A DNA stretch of 64,000 nucleotides, from NCBI RefSeq assembly GCF_009914755.1, contig NC_060934.1, one strand, 5' to 3'. Shown here piece after piece: positions 63,641-64,000 of this stretch (positions within the stretch are counted from its first letter, which is position 1; every line of letters begins with the position of its first letter). The position numbers and the translations under genes were made by a program. This DNA is from the human T2T-CHM13v2.0 reference genome, Homo sapiens. A model generated the notes under the pieces. The model was not told the origin of the DNA. It saw only the letters and a list, made by a program, of their open reading frames with translations, and made no database searches.

Positions 63641-63952
63641 TTTTTTTTTTTATTTTTAAGAGACAGGGTCTCACTCTGTCACACAGGCTGAAGTGCAGTG
63701 GTGAGACCTTGGCACACTGCAGCCTCAACCTCCTGGGCTCAAGAGTGATCCTCCCACCTTGGCCTCCCGAGTAGCTGGGACTACTGGATCACCCACTATA
63801 CCCAGCTAATTTTTGTGTTGTTGTTTTTTTTTTGGTAGAAATGAGGTCTCACTTTGTTACCCAGGCTTGTCTCAAACTCCTGCACTCAAGTGATCTTCCT
63901 GCCTTAGCCTCCCAAAGTGCTGGGATTACGGACGTGAGCCACTGCGTCCAGC
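63641..63952 (-). mobile_element. AluJ element
   Basis: Reverse Alu with CCTCAACCTCCTGGGCTCAAG. Confidence 0.93.
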
Positions 63953-64000
63953 AACATTATCTATTGATAGCTGAGTCAAATATGTATTTGTGGTGTTTTT

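Overview
Human (or near-identical great-ape) genomic DNA containing most of MXI1 (MAX interactor 1, a bHLH-zipper MYC antagonist) on the + strand. A CpG-island promoter (~5620-6100) precedes five coding exons (6096-6168, 8073-8205, 24696-24725, 59041-59155, 59775-59946). These splice in frame through GT-AG introns to give [41 protein letters not shown]...[23 protein letters not shown]...DRSDSER (174 codons plus 1 nt). The last coding exon lies beyond the window. The introns hold ~24 Alu elements, a 5'-inverted L1PA, old L1/L2/MIR fragments, MER20, MER2, Tigger1, Tigger4, a MER21-type LTR, an Alu-interrupted RPL21 processed pseudogene and several local tandem duplications. I see no convincing new gene or 'system'. 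The observations most worth following up are: (1) a complex locally templated insertion at 29209-29687; (2) a predicted hairpin that would sequester the 5' splice site of the 30-nt exon encoding the DNA-binding basic region; (3) a ~1.1-kb G-skewed repeat in intron 1 packed with non-canonical MYC/MAX E-boxes. Repeat family names are from recall of consensus sequences, not from a database search, and old-repeat boundaries are approximate.
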